Below, in pieces: positions 19,007 to 27,009 of a stretch of 64,000 nucleotides of DNA; positions within the stretch are counted from its first letter, which is position 1, and every line of letters starts with the position of its first letter. The notes beneath the pieces were generated by a model. The model saw only the letters and a program-made list of their open reading frames with translations. It searched no databases and was not told where the DNA came from. The stretch is from assembly GCA_017436915.1 (NCBI GenBank), contig JAFSCE010000014.1:1974-65973 (forward strand). Reading direction: 5' to 3'. A program made the position numbers and the translations under genes. The stretch is from Clostridia bacterium (GTDB lineage Bacteria > Bacillota > Clostridia > Oscillospirales > Acutalibacteraceae).

Positions 19007-19816
19007 TTATTTCGCCATCTGCTCTAATACGCGCTTGGTGATCTCGGCAACCAGATCCGTTTCGCCCGCACCACTGTGGCAGGAGCCATCGCAGTTACCG
19101 CAACCGTGGCAGCTGGGCAAGCCGGCTTTTTGGTTGGGGCACAAGTCGGCGGGGTGCTTACCCTTCAGGCCGAACTGGCGGCGGATCTCATACAAGCGCT
19201 GCACCTGTTTCTCGCTGAGCTCTTTCGGGCCGCCAAGCTGCTTGGAAATGTACAACAGATGCGCGTAGAACTCAACCGACTCCATCTTATGGTACGCATT
19301 CAGCAGATTGTCCGAGAACGCGAGCGCACCGTGGTTTTCGAGCAGCACCGCGTCGAAGGACTGCAGGTACTTAGATACCGCATCCGGGATTTCCTCGGTG
19401 GAGGGGGTGCCGTACTCAGCGATCGGCACGCATCCGAGCGCGATAACCGCTTCCGGCATGATCGGCTGTGTCAGCGGGATACCCGCGATGGCAAAACCGG
19501 TTGCGTACATCGGGTGTGCGTGAACGACAGCGCCGACGTCCGGACGCTCTTTGTATACACGCATGTGCATTTTGATCTCCGACGAGGGCTTGAAGCCGGC
19601 GTTTGCCTGAAGCACTTTGCCGTCCTTGTCAACTTTGCAGATGTACTCGGGGGTCATGAAGCCCTTGCTGACACCCGTGGGGGTGCAGAGGAACTCGTTG
19701 TCGTTCAGCTTAACGGAAATGTTACCGTCGTTCGCCGCGACCATGCCACGATCGTAAATGCGTTTACCGATCGCACAGATCTGCTTTTTGATTTCATACT
19801 CGTTTACCATTGCCAT
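19007..19816 (-). CDS. Class II aldolase (L-fuculose/rhamnulose-phosphate aldolase family), with a Cys/His-rich C-terminal extension and a terminal encapsulation peptide
   Basis: Carries GNISVKL and VVHAHPMYATGFA (metal-binding His residues). The C-terminus reads CPNQKAGLPSCHGCGNCDGSCHSG followed by DLVAEITKRVLEQMAK. Confidence 0.9.
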   Translation of the reverse strand: MAMVNEYEIKKQICAIGKRIYDRGMVAANDGNISVKLNDNEFLCTPTGVSKGFMTPEYICKVDKDGKVLQANAGFKPSSEIKMHMRVYKERPDVGAVVHAHPMYATGFAIAGIPLTQPIMPEAVIALGCVPIAEYGTPSTEEIPDAVSKYLQSFDAVLLENHGALAFSDNLLNAYHKMESVEFYAHLLYISKQLGGPKELSEKQVQRLYEIRRQFGLKGKHPADLCPNQKAGLPSCHGCGNCDGSCHSGAGETDLVAEITKRVLEQMAK

Positions 19817-19870
19817 AGTAATTCTCCTTTTTTATGTGGATTTTTCTTTGTTTGACACTTTCTTGACTAC

Positions 19871-19899
19871 ATGATAGCACCCAAACCACAAAAAGTCAA
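19871..19899 (-). promoter_or_regulatory. Internal sigma-A type promoter ahead of the aldolase gene
   Basis: The minus strand reads TTGACT, a 17-nt spacer (TTTTGTGGTTTGGGTGC), then TATCAT. The leader is about 55 nt and ends in AAAGGAG before the ATG at 19816. Confidence 0.55.
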
Positions 19900-20372
19900 C
19901 ACATAAATTTGGTTTTTTCTGTGTTTTCTTTTTGTTTTTGTTGGTTTTCGGGAATTTCGAGGTGCTTCAGCAGTGCGGGGATGCCTTCGCCGGTCAAGGA
20001 GTTTACGTGAAACACCGTTTCGCAACCGGATAGCCGCAGCCAGTTTTCTGCGCGGCGTGGGTCTGCTTTGTCGATCTTCGTGACGATTCCGATCACTTCG
20101 CGGTTTACCAAGCAGGTGATGCACGGCGGGAAGAGGGAATAGTCATCGTCGGCGGCAATCAGCAGACCGACCACGTCTGCCTCGTATGCATAGAGGCAAA
20201 GGGCGGCGCCGAGATCATGGTTTTCGGCATATTCGCCGGGGGTGTCGATGAGAAAGTCGTCGTAGGCGATTGCCTGTGTTTTTAAGTAGGTGACGGTCTC
20301 GCCGCGCAGGGCTTGTGTCAGTGAGGTTTTGCCGCAACCACTGCGCCCCATCAGGATCAGTTTCTTTCTCAT
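19896..20372 (-). CDS. pduV: EutP/PduV-family small GTPase
   Basis: Starts MRKKLILMGRSGCGKTSLTQAL (P-loop) and carries DTPGEY. The ATG at 20372 overlaps the upstream stop (ATGA). Confidence 0.85.
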   Translation of the reverse strand: MRKKLILMGRSGCGKTSLTQALRGETVTYLKTQAIAYDDFLIDTPGEYAENHDLGAALCLYAYEADVVGLLIAADDDYSLFPPCITCLVNREVIGIVTKIDKADPRRAENWLRLSGCETVFHVNSLTGEGIPALLKHLEIPENQQKQKENTEKTKFMC

Positions 20373-20743
20373 GTGCGGGTCAACTCGCAAACGGAGAAGC
20401 CCAGTTTCTCGATCGCGTATTCGCGAATCGCGGTGATTGCCGCTTCCACCTGCGAAACTGTTCCCGTCACAATGACGGTGCCGCTGAAGCGATCCACAAA
20501 ACCGAGCTCAACGCCCGAGGATTTCAGCGCAATATCGCCGGCGATGATAGCGGTCTCGCTGGGACTCAAGGTTAGAATGCCAATTGCACCTGCGTGATCC
20601 ACGGCGGGATCCAGACCGAGTTTGCGATACAGGATGTCCTCAGGGTGCGCAATGATATGTGCCAAGGTGATCTGCTTACCGGGGACAAGTTCTTGTATGA
20701 TACGGGTCTTTTTCTCTTGTTGATTCAGCACGTCAAGTTCCAT
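20369..20743 (-). CDS. pduU: Circularly permuted BMC shell protein (PduU/EutS family)
   Basis: 124 aa. Carries RIIQELVPGKQITLAHIIA and AIGILTLSPSETAIIAGDIA, typical of EutS/PduU. Confidence 0.9.
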   Translation of the reverse strand: MELDVLNQQEKKTRIIQELVPGKQITLAHIIAHPEDILYRKLGLDPAVDHAGAIGILTLSPSETAIIAGDIALKSSGVELGFVDRFSGTVIVTGTVSQVEAAITAIREYAIEKLGFSVCELTRT

Positions 20744-20747
20744 TGTA

Positions 20748-21539
20748 TCATCCTCCTATCAGTGCTTTTAAACCATACGACTCCGCCTTTTTTCTGAGCA
20801 GTTCCATGTGTTCCGCGCTCGGCGGGGTAATATGTGCCATGGTGTACTCACGACCGAGCCCCGTGTATTTGTCTTGTCCCATCCGATGATAGGGTAGCAA
20901 GTGGATCTCCCGCACGTTTGGCAGGGAGGCGGCGAAAGCGGCGATGGCGCCGATCTCTTCTTCCGTGTCGTTAAACGTGGGGATCACCGGTACACGGATG
21001 ATCAGTCGTTTTGCCTTTTCGGCAATCAGTCGGGCGTTTTGCAAGATGCGGTCGTTGGGCCTGGTTGTGAATTGCTGATGTTTTTCGCTATCCATGTGCT
21101 TGATGTCCATCAGCACACAATCCAGCACGGGCAAATATCGTTCGATGGTTTCGGGCGAAGCAAAACCGGTAGTTTCAATAGCGGTGTGAACGCCGTTTTC
21201 CTGACAGGCGGTCAGCAGTGCTACCGCAAAATCCGGTTGTGTTAACGATTCACCGCCCGAGAGCGTGATGCCGCCGCCCGAACGGCGGTAATACATGCGA
21301 TCGCGCAGGACTTCTTTCAGTACGTCTTCCACCGTGACGTCGCGACCTACCGTTTTGGTGTTGCCGCCGAGCGTCATTTGCTGAAATTCATACGACTGGG
21401 ATTCGGGGTTACAGCACCAACGACATCGAAGCGGACATCCTTTGAGAAAAACCAAGGTGCGGATGCCCGAACCGTCGTGGGTGGAAAATCGCTGAATATC
21501 GAAGATCCTGCCGGTCACCGATAACAACGAGGTGTCCAT
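20748..21539 (-). CDS. Glycyl-radical enzyme activating protein (radical SAM)
   Basis: Carries the GCPLRCRWCCNPES cluster motif. Its start overlaps the GRE stop (TAATG). Confidence 0.95.
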   Translation of the reverse strand: MDTSLLSVTGRIFDIQRFSTHDGSGIRTLVFLKGCPLRCRWCCNPESQSYEFQQMTLGGNTKTVGRDVTVEDVLKEVLRDRMYYRRSGGGITLSGGESLTQPDFAVALLTACQENGVHTAIETTGFASPETIERYLPVLDCVLMDIKHMDSEKHQQFTTRPNDRILQNARLIAEKAKRLIIRVPVIPTFNDTEEEIGAIAAFAASLPNVREIHLLPYHRMGQDKYTGLGREYTMAHITPPSAEHMELLRKKAESYGLKALIGG

Positions 21540-24067
21540 TAGAATCCTCCTTGTTCGGTGCGGTTGATAATGTCGTCTTGCAGTGAGCGGGACAGCGTGG
21601 TAAACAAAGCACTGTAACCTGCTACGCGAACGACCAGCGAGCGGTAGTTTTCGGGATGCTTCTGCGCATCGCGAAGTGTCTCACGGCTGACGACGTTAAA
21701 TTGAACGTGGCTGCCCTTTTGATCAAAATAACCGCGAACCAGTGCGACAAAGCTTTCCAGACCGCTACGGCCTGCCAAAGCACTGGGGTGGAATTTCATG
21801 TTGAAAAGGGTGCCGTTGGAAGCAATGTAGTGATCCAGTCTGGCAACCGAGTTTGCTGCGGCTGTCGGGCCGTTTACGTCGCGACCTGCAGCGGGGGAAA
21901 CGCCGTCCGCCACCGGTGTGAAGGCCAGACGGCCGTCCGGGGTGGCGCCGGTCTGCGCACCGAGCGGCACGTTGGCGGAAACGGGGTACAAGCCCGCTTG
22001 ATAAGCGCCGCCGCGCGGATTGCGATACCGCTCAACGGGACGGGTGTAGGTGTAAGCTACGTCACGAGCAAAGCTATCGATCTTGTGGTCGTCGTTACCA
22101 AACTTGGGCAGTGCAGAGATGCGATCGAGCAACTGTTGATACCGTGCTTTTTGCTCGTCGGAGCAGGGGTTTTGCGCAACGGTGAGATACACGGCTTTGA
22201 TATCGTCAGGCGTTAAGGTGCGACCGCTGTCGACCATGCTCTTGACGACCTGTTTCGTGAGCTTTTCGGCTTGTTTAGGATCCATGTCCTTGCCGTAGTT
22301 GTTATCAAGCGCTTGACGGAATTCGGCAAGCGTCAGATATTTTTCGTTAAAGACGAGTTCTCGCACAGCGGTCAGTGCATCGGCAACGTTGGCAATACCG
22401 AAGCCCTGCGGGCCGGTAAAGTTGTAAACACAGCCGCCTTCCTGCGCGCTCTTGCCGCGACCGATGCAATCCTCTAACATAGAGGAGAGGAACGGCAACG
22501 GGCAACGCTCCATATGTGCTTGGTCGATCGCGTTATCGGCGTTGACCATCAACTCGATGAAATATTCCATCTGCTTTTTATAAGCGTCGTAGAACTCATC
22601 AAAAGTTTTCATGGCGGCAACGTCTCCGGTTTGAGGACCGATCTGAATGTCTTTATCCATGCCGTTCGAGAAGGTGAGCTCCAGCGGACGGCACATATTG
22701 AAGAATGCGGCGTCGTGCCAGCCGTCGGTTTTGCCCGATTTTTGCGGCTCAACACAACCGATAATGTTGTAGTCACGCGCATCTTGCAGCGTCAAGCCGC
22801 GGTTTTGCAGCGCGGGGATAATGACTTCGTCGTTGTAATACGCGGGGAGTCCAATGCCGGTGCGGGTGATTTCCGCAGCGCGAATCATGAACTCGTGCGG
22901 GGTGCCGTTCCACACGCGCACCGAGAACGACGGCTGCGGGAGCAGTACGTGCAAGGTGGCGTTGATGCACATATACGACATATCGTTGGTGGCGTCCTTG
23001 CCATCCTTATCCTGACCGCCGGCGCACAGATTCTGGAACATGCTGTAGCCCGCAAAGCCCTCCGCGGAAGCGAGGTCGCGAACTTTGCCGAGGTCGTTAA
23101 GCTTGACCCATACGCAGTCGACGTATTCCTGCGCCTGCTCGCGGGTGATAACGCCCTTATCAAGATCTGCTTTTAAATAAGGATACATATATTGGTCGAA
23201 GCGACCGGGCGAGATCGAGTGGCCGCTCGATTCAATCTGGATCAGCATTTGTACAAACCAGAAGGATTGGCACGCTTCGTAAAACGAAGTGGCGCCGTGT
23301 GCGGGAACGCGTGAGCAGTTTTCTGCAATTTTGAGAAGCTCCGCTTTACGCACGTCGTCTGCACAAGCCGCTGCTTGTTTACGTGCAAGCTCGGCGTAGC
23401 GGTTGGCGTACATTTCAACGGCATCGCAGGTGATGAGCACTGCGTTTAAGAAATGATGACGTTTTGCGTAATCGGCATCGGTAACGCGCAGCTTGGCAAG
23501 CGCCGCACGCGCTTCTTCGGCAATTCCACGGTAACCGATCGCGAGCACCTTGCCGTAATCTACGGTGACGTGACCGACGCCGTTATAGAAGTAGTTGCCG
23601 GGCGTGAAGATGTTATGGTCGATTGCCGCGATGGTTTCCGGCACCATATACGAGGTGGCAAGTTCGCTGGTCGTTCTGCCCTTCCAGTAAGGGAAGACCT
23701 TGCGCAACGCGTTTTTGGTTTCCTCGGAAATATAGAACGGGTCGGCAGAACGCGTGGCGAGCGTATCAAACTCCGCCTCTACCCATTCGTAAGAATATTC
23801 CGGGAACAACTGCGCACCACGCGGATTTTTTGAACTGGAACCGACGATCAACTCCAGCGGGCGGATGGTGATCGGAATATGCGCCAAAATATGTGCAAAT
23901 GCCTTTGCACGGCGCAGAATGATCGGCTCACCCTCCGTTTGCTGATACGATTCGGTCAGCAGCACTGCGCGATACGGCTCGATCTCGGGCATTTTTTCAA
24001 ACAAATGCTCCACGAGTTTCGGAATGCGCGGACTTTTTTGGATGTCTTGCGTATAAAAAGTGGACAT
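21539..24067 (-). CDS. Glycyl radical enzyme of the PFL2/diol-dehydratase clade; probably a B12-independent 1,2-propanediol dehydratase
   Basis: About 842 aa. It has the C-terminal glycyl motif VVRVAGYSALF and the catalytic loop IIGCVEPQ. The substrate assignment rests on locus context. The ATG at 24067 follows GGGAGGG. Confidence 0.9.
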   Translation of the reverse strand: MSTFYTQDIQKSPRIPKLVEHLFEKMPEIEPYRAVLLTESYQQTEGEPIILRRAKAFAHILAHIPITIRPLELIVGSSSKNPRGAQLFPEYSYEWVEAEFDTLATRSADPFYISEETKNALRKVFPYWKGRTTSELATSYMVPETIAAIDHNIFTPGNYFYNGVGHVTVDYGKVLAIGYRGIAEEARAALAKLRVTDADYAKRHHFLNAVLITCDAVEMYANRYAELARKQAAACADDVRKAELLKIAENCSRVPAHGATSFYEACQSFWFVQMLIQIESSGHSISPGRFDQYMYPYLKADLDKGVITREQAQEYVDCVWVKLNDLGKVRDLASAEGFAGYSMFQNLCAGGQDKDGKDATNDMSYMCINATLHVLLPQPSFSVRVWNGTPHEFMIRAAEITRTGIGLPAYYNDEVIIPALQNRGLTLQDARDYNIIGCVEPQKSGKTDGWHDAAFFNMCRPLELTFSNGMDKDIQIGPQTGDVAAMKTFDEFYDAYKKQMEYFIELMVNADNAIDQAHMERCPLPFLSSMLEDCIGRGKSAQEGGCVYNFTGPQGFGIANVADALTAVRELVFNEKYLTLAEFRQALDNNYGKDMDPKQAEKLTKQVVKSMVDSGRTLTPDDIKAVYLTVAQNPCSDEQKARYQQLLDRISALPKFGNDDHKIDSFARDVAYTYTRPVERYRNPRGGAYQAGLYPVSANVPLGAQTGATPDGRLAFTPVADGVSPAAGRDVNGPTAAANSVARLDHYIASNGTLFNMKFHPSALAGRSGLESFVALVRGYFDQKGSHVQFNVVSRETLRDAQKHPENYRSLVVRVAGYSALFTTLSRSLQDDIINRTEQGGF

Positions 24068-24099
24068 ATTGATACCCTCCCACATTTCATTCTGTACCC

Positions 24100-24128
24100 A
24101 TTTTACATGAATCCCACATAAAAGTCAA
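24100..24128 (-). promoter_or_regulatory. Sigma-A type promoter of the BMC operon
   Basis: The minus strand reads TTGACT, a 17-nt spacer (TTTATGTGGGATTCATG), then TAAAAT, about 30 nt upstream of the GRE start. Confidence 0.6.
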
Positions 24129-24303
24129 TAGGAAAACCAATAAAAACCAAATAAAAAATCATAAAATCAAAGAAAATTTCAAAAATTCAACACAAAAAAC
24201 CAAAAATGTGGAAAACAAAATCCCAAAAACAGAAAAAACCAACACATATTCCACATCTACGCGGCTCGTTGTGGAAAAAGAACACCGGAGGGAAAATTTA
24301 AAA

Positions 24304-24344
24304 CAAAAAAACGCCCTGCGAACTCATATGAGTTCGCAGGGCGT
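24304..24344 (-). terminator. rpsT terminator
   Basis: A 16-bp perfect stem (ACGCCCTGCGAACTCA pairing with TGAGTTCGCAGGGCGT), followed on the minus strand by TTTTTTT. Confidence 0.7.
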
Positions 24345-24362
24345 TTTAACTTCGTTGAACGA

Positions 24363-24617
24363 TTAACCGTTAACTTTTTTGGCGAGGGCGGACTTTCTCC
24401 GTGCAGCCGTATTCTTGTGCAGGAGTCCCTTCGCAGCGGCCTGGTCAATTTTCTTGACAGCGGCTTTGACAAGGAGTTCCTTATCGTCAGCGCCGGTCTC
24501 GATCGCGGCGTTTGCCTTTTTGATGTCCGTTCTCAGTTCGGAACGAGTGGCCTTGTTACGAGCGGTTTTGGCAGCGATTACCTTAACGCGCTTCTTAGCG
24601 GATTTAATGTTGGGCAT
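24363..24617 (-). CDS. rpsT: 30S ribosomal protein S20
   Basis: Starts MPNIKSAKKRVKV and carries RNKATRSELRT. The RBS GAGGAGG precedes the start. Confidence 0.95.
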   Translation of the reverse strand: MPNIKSAKKRVKVIAAKTARNKATRSELRTDIKKANAAIETGADDKELLVKAAVKKIDQAAAKGLLHKNTAARRKSALAKKVNG

Positions 24618-24704
24618 TGTCACACCTCCTCAAAAAAGAATTACTCTAAATCACGCAGGGTTTATCATAACACGAACTTTACGGAAAATCAATACTTTTT
24701 TTCA

Positions 24705-24733
24705 GAATATTGTGTTTTTTTCTTTTAATACTA
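24705..24733 (+). promoter_or_regulatory. Candidate forespore (sigma-G/sigma-F-like) promoter for gpr
   Basis: GAATA, a 17-nt spacer, then AATACTA, which resembles the GNATA-17/18-CATNNTA pattern. This is a weak call by eye. Confidence 0.3.
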
Positions 24734-24754
24734 TTTAAATAGGAGATGAGCGTT

Positions 24755-25594
24755 ATGCAAGTTCGAACCGATTTGGCGATGGAAGCGGCTGCCCGGGCGG
24801 CGGTGCACAAGCAGCAGGCGGAGGGGATGGAATTGTGCACACTTGATTTGACGGAGAGAGAAGCGGCGCGTATCGGCAAAAGTGCGGGGCGATATATTAC
24901 GGCGACGGTGCCGCCGCTGACCGATGACGAACGGGATCTTGAGAAAAAAGCGATCGTTCTGGGAGAGGAGTTGCGCCGCTTGCTTCCCGAGGGTGGCAGT
25001 GTGTTGGTGGTAGGGCTTGGTAACGAGGCGATCACACCCGATGCGTTGGGGCCGCGCACCGCGTCGATGGTGTTGGCGACACGCCACATACAAGGGGAGT
25101 TTGCCCGCAGTGTTGGTCTTGACGATCTGCGGCCGACGGTGGTGCTAAAACCAAACGTATTGGGGAATACCGGTTTAGAAAGCAGTGAGATGGTGCGCGG
25201 TGTTTGCGGCGTGGTGAAACCGAGCGCCGTAATTGCGGTGGATGCCTTGGCGGCGCGCAGCGTGGCACGACTCGGTTGTACGGTACAATTTTCCGATACC
25301 GGCATTTCACCGGGGTCGGGAGTGGGGAACAATCGCAAAGCGCTTAATCGCGAGACGCTGGGTCTTCCGGTGATTGGAGTGGGGGTGCCGACGGTGGTGG
25401 ATGCGGGTACGCTTGCCAGAGATCTTACCGGAGCAGAGCAAGGGGCGGTGTCGCCGCGTGGTGCTGAGATGATGGTGACACCACGGGAGATCGATCTTGT
25501 GATCGCACGCGCCGCGCGTTTGCTTGCGATGACGATTCACGCCGCTTTGCAACCGAACTATTCTCCGCTCGAACTTTTAAGCATAGCATTATAG
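24755..25594 (+). CDS. gpr: Germination protease (GPR endopeptidase)
   Basis: Carries VRTDLAMEA, VVGLGNEAITPDALGP, and VIAVDALAARS followed by SDTGISPGSGVGN. The ATG at 24755 lies 9 nt after AGGAG. Confidence 0.9.
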   Translation: MQVRTDLAMEAAARAAVHKQQAEGMELCTLDLTEREAARIGKSAGRYITATVPPLTDDERDLEKKAIVLGEELRRLLPEGGSVLVVGLGNEAITPDALGPRTASMVLATRHIQGEFARSVGLDDLRPTVVLKPNVLGNTGLESSEMVRGVCGVVKPSAVIAVDALAARSVARLGCTVQFSDTGISPGSGVGNNRKALNRETLGLPVIGVGVPTVVDAGTLARDLTGAEQGAVSPRGAEMMVTPREIDLVIARAARLLAMTIHAALQPNYSPLELLSIAL

Positions 25595-25624
25595 ATGCGC
25601 TCATAGAGTGTATGGGTGAGGAAA

Positions 25625-26698
25625 ATGAAACGACGGATCGTGACCGCGGTCGTATGGATCGCGGTGTGTGGGCTTTTGGTGTTGGCGGTGTCGGTGATTC
25701 CCGCGGGCACCTTTCAAAAATTGCTGGGACACGCAGCGCTGCTCTCGGTGGGATTACAGCAACCGGAAGGAAGCGCCGAGATCATCAGCGGATGGGTTAC
25801 AAAGCCGACCGCTGCCGCACCCGGCGGCGCACTCAGTGAACAGCATGTGATATTGGGTGAGGTTACGATGCAGGCGGTGACCGCTGCACCTTCAGCCGCA
25901 CCCGAAAAGCAGGCAGGCGCAGGCGTGGTGCTGACACAGCAGATGTCGGCGGGCAAAACGTTCACGGAGGGCGTTGCCATTAAAAACAACACGAAAACCA
26001 CTGTGAATATCGCTGCGGCACTGGCGCACACGCCGAACGTTAATTTCGACATGAATTCTGATGAGATTCAAGTACTGATCACCCACACCCACACCACCGA
26101 ATGTTATCTGGATTACGATGCAGGATTTTTCAATCCTGATACGAAAAGCCGTACTGACGATGCCACCAAAAACATGGTAGCGGTGGGGGAACGCGTGGCA
26201 CAAGAGCTTAGACAAGCGGGAATCGGCGTGATACACGATACCGAAATCCACGATCAACCCTACAGCAGTGCATATACACATTCGCGCAAAGCAGTGGAGA
26301 AATATTTGAAACAATACCCGTCGATCAGCGTGGTGCTGGACATTCACCGCGATGCCATTTATCAATCCGATGGGACGCGCGTGAAACCGACTACGGTGAT
26401 AAACGGGCAAAAGGCCGCACAGATGATGATCATCGTGGGTATGAAGAACACCAAATCCGTTCCCAATTCGCACACGGCGGAAAATCTCTCGTTTGGTGCA
26501 CACTTGCAGCAAACGCTGCACGCAGGGTATGGCGGGTTGATGCGACCGATGGTGTTGGCGGATGCACGGTACAATCAACAGTTGAGTAACGGGATGATCT
26601 TGGTTGAGGTGGGCAGTGACGTCAACACCTTGGAAGAAGCACTGTATTCCGCTGAATTGCTGGGTAAGGGCTTGGTACAAACGTTAAAGGGGTTATAA
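25625..26698 (+). CDS. spoIIP: Stage II sporulation protein P
   Basis: N-terminal TM segment, followed by ITHTHTTECY and LDIHRDA motifs of the SpoIIP amidase/peptidase family. The rpsT-gpr-spoIIP order is syntenic with Bacillus. Confidence 0.85.
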   Translation: MKRRIVTAVVWIAVCGLLVLAVSVIPAGTFQKLLGHAALLSVGLQQPEGSAEIISGWVTKPTAAAPGGALSEQHVILGEVTMQAVTAAPSAAPEKQAGAGVVLTQQMSAGKTFTEGVAIKNNTKTTVNIAAALAHTPNVNFDMNSDEIQVLITHTHTTECYLDYDAGFFNPDTKSRTDDATKNMVAVGERVAQELRQAGIGVIHDTEIHDQPYSSAYTHSRKAVEKYLKQYPSISVVLDIHRDAIYQSDGTRVKPTTVINGQKAAQMMIIVGMKNTKSVPNSHTAENLSFGAHLQQTLHAGYGGLMRPMVLADARYNQQLSNGMILVEVGSDVNTLEEALYSAELLGKGLVQTLKGL

Positions 26699-26702
26699 CG
26701 AT

Positions 26703-26975
26703 ATGACGAGAAAACGGACGTGGTCAATGGTGGTAGTTGCTTTTTCGCTGACATTGTGTGTGGCGCTGTTTGCGGGTGGGTTACTGCTCGTCAGTATTCG
26801 CAGCGGGCGCACGTTGTTTGGAGAAAACTATGAGCCGGTAACTCTGCAGCAGGAACTTCCGCTTGACGAGACGGAGGATAGTACCTTTGTATGGTTGCCC
26901 GCGCGGCTTCGCACGTTGCTTCGGGTGCCGATATGGGAAGTACAACTGATGGAATGGTTGTTATCAAAAACTTAA
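26703..26975 (+). CDS. Small membrane protein of unknown function (its position matches yqxA downstream of spoIIP in Bacillus)
   Basis: 90 aa with one N-terminal TM helix. It starts 5 nt after the spoIIP stop. No motif was recognised. Confidence 0.45.
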   Translation: MTRKRTWSMVVVAFSLTLCVALFAGGLLLVSIRSGRTLFGENYEPVTLQQELPLDETEDSTFVWLPARLRTLLRVPIWEVQLMEWLLSKT

Positions 26976-27009
26976 GCGGCAGGTCATACGACCTGCCGCT
27001 TTGTTTTTG
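26974..27009. terminator. Bidirectional hairpin terminator
   Basis: AAGCGGCAGGTC, an ATAC loop, then GACCTGCCGCTT, followed by TGTTTTTG. Confidence 0.6.

Noticed and set aside
19896-19960. The Gln/Lys/Glu-rich tail of PduV (ENQQKQKENTEKTKFMC), considered as a possible functional extension or separate peptide.
   Set aside because: It coincides with the T/A-tract DNA and the -35 region of the internal promoter. It is most simply read-through of the GTPase frame into promoter DNA, and nothing supports a separate feature.
10493-24067. Considered the BMC locus as a B12-dependent Pdu, an Eut, or a choline (CutC, GRM1/2) compartment.
   Set aside because: No pduCDE, pduGH, eutBC or eutA-like genes are present. 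The signature enzyme has a glycyl-radical motif with an adjacent radical-SAM activase. The co-encoded class II aldolase with a C-terminal targeting helix points to the fucose/rhamnose type rather than choline.
24121-24245. An A-rich stretch with recurring AAAACCAA units, considered as a possible CRISPR array, tandem repeat or degenerate mobile-element end.
   Set aside because: The units vary in length and sequence. There is no spacer/repeat periodicity, no flanking cas or transposase genes, and no inverted terminal repeats. It is better explained as A-tract promoter-upstream DNA and is reported that way.
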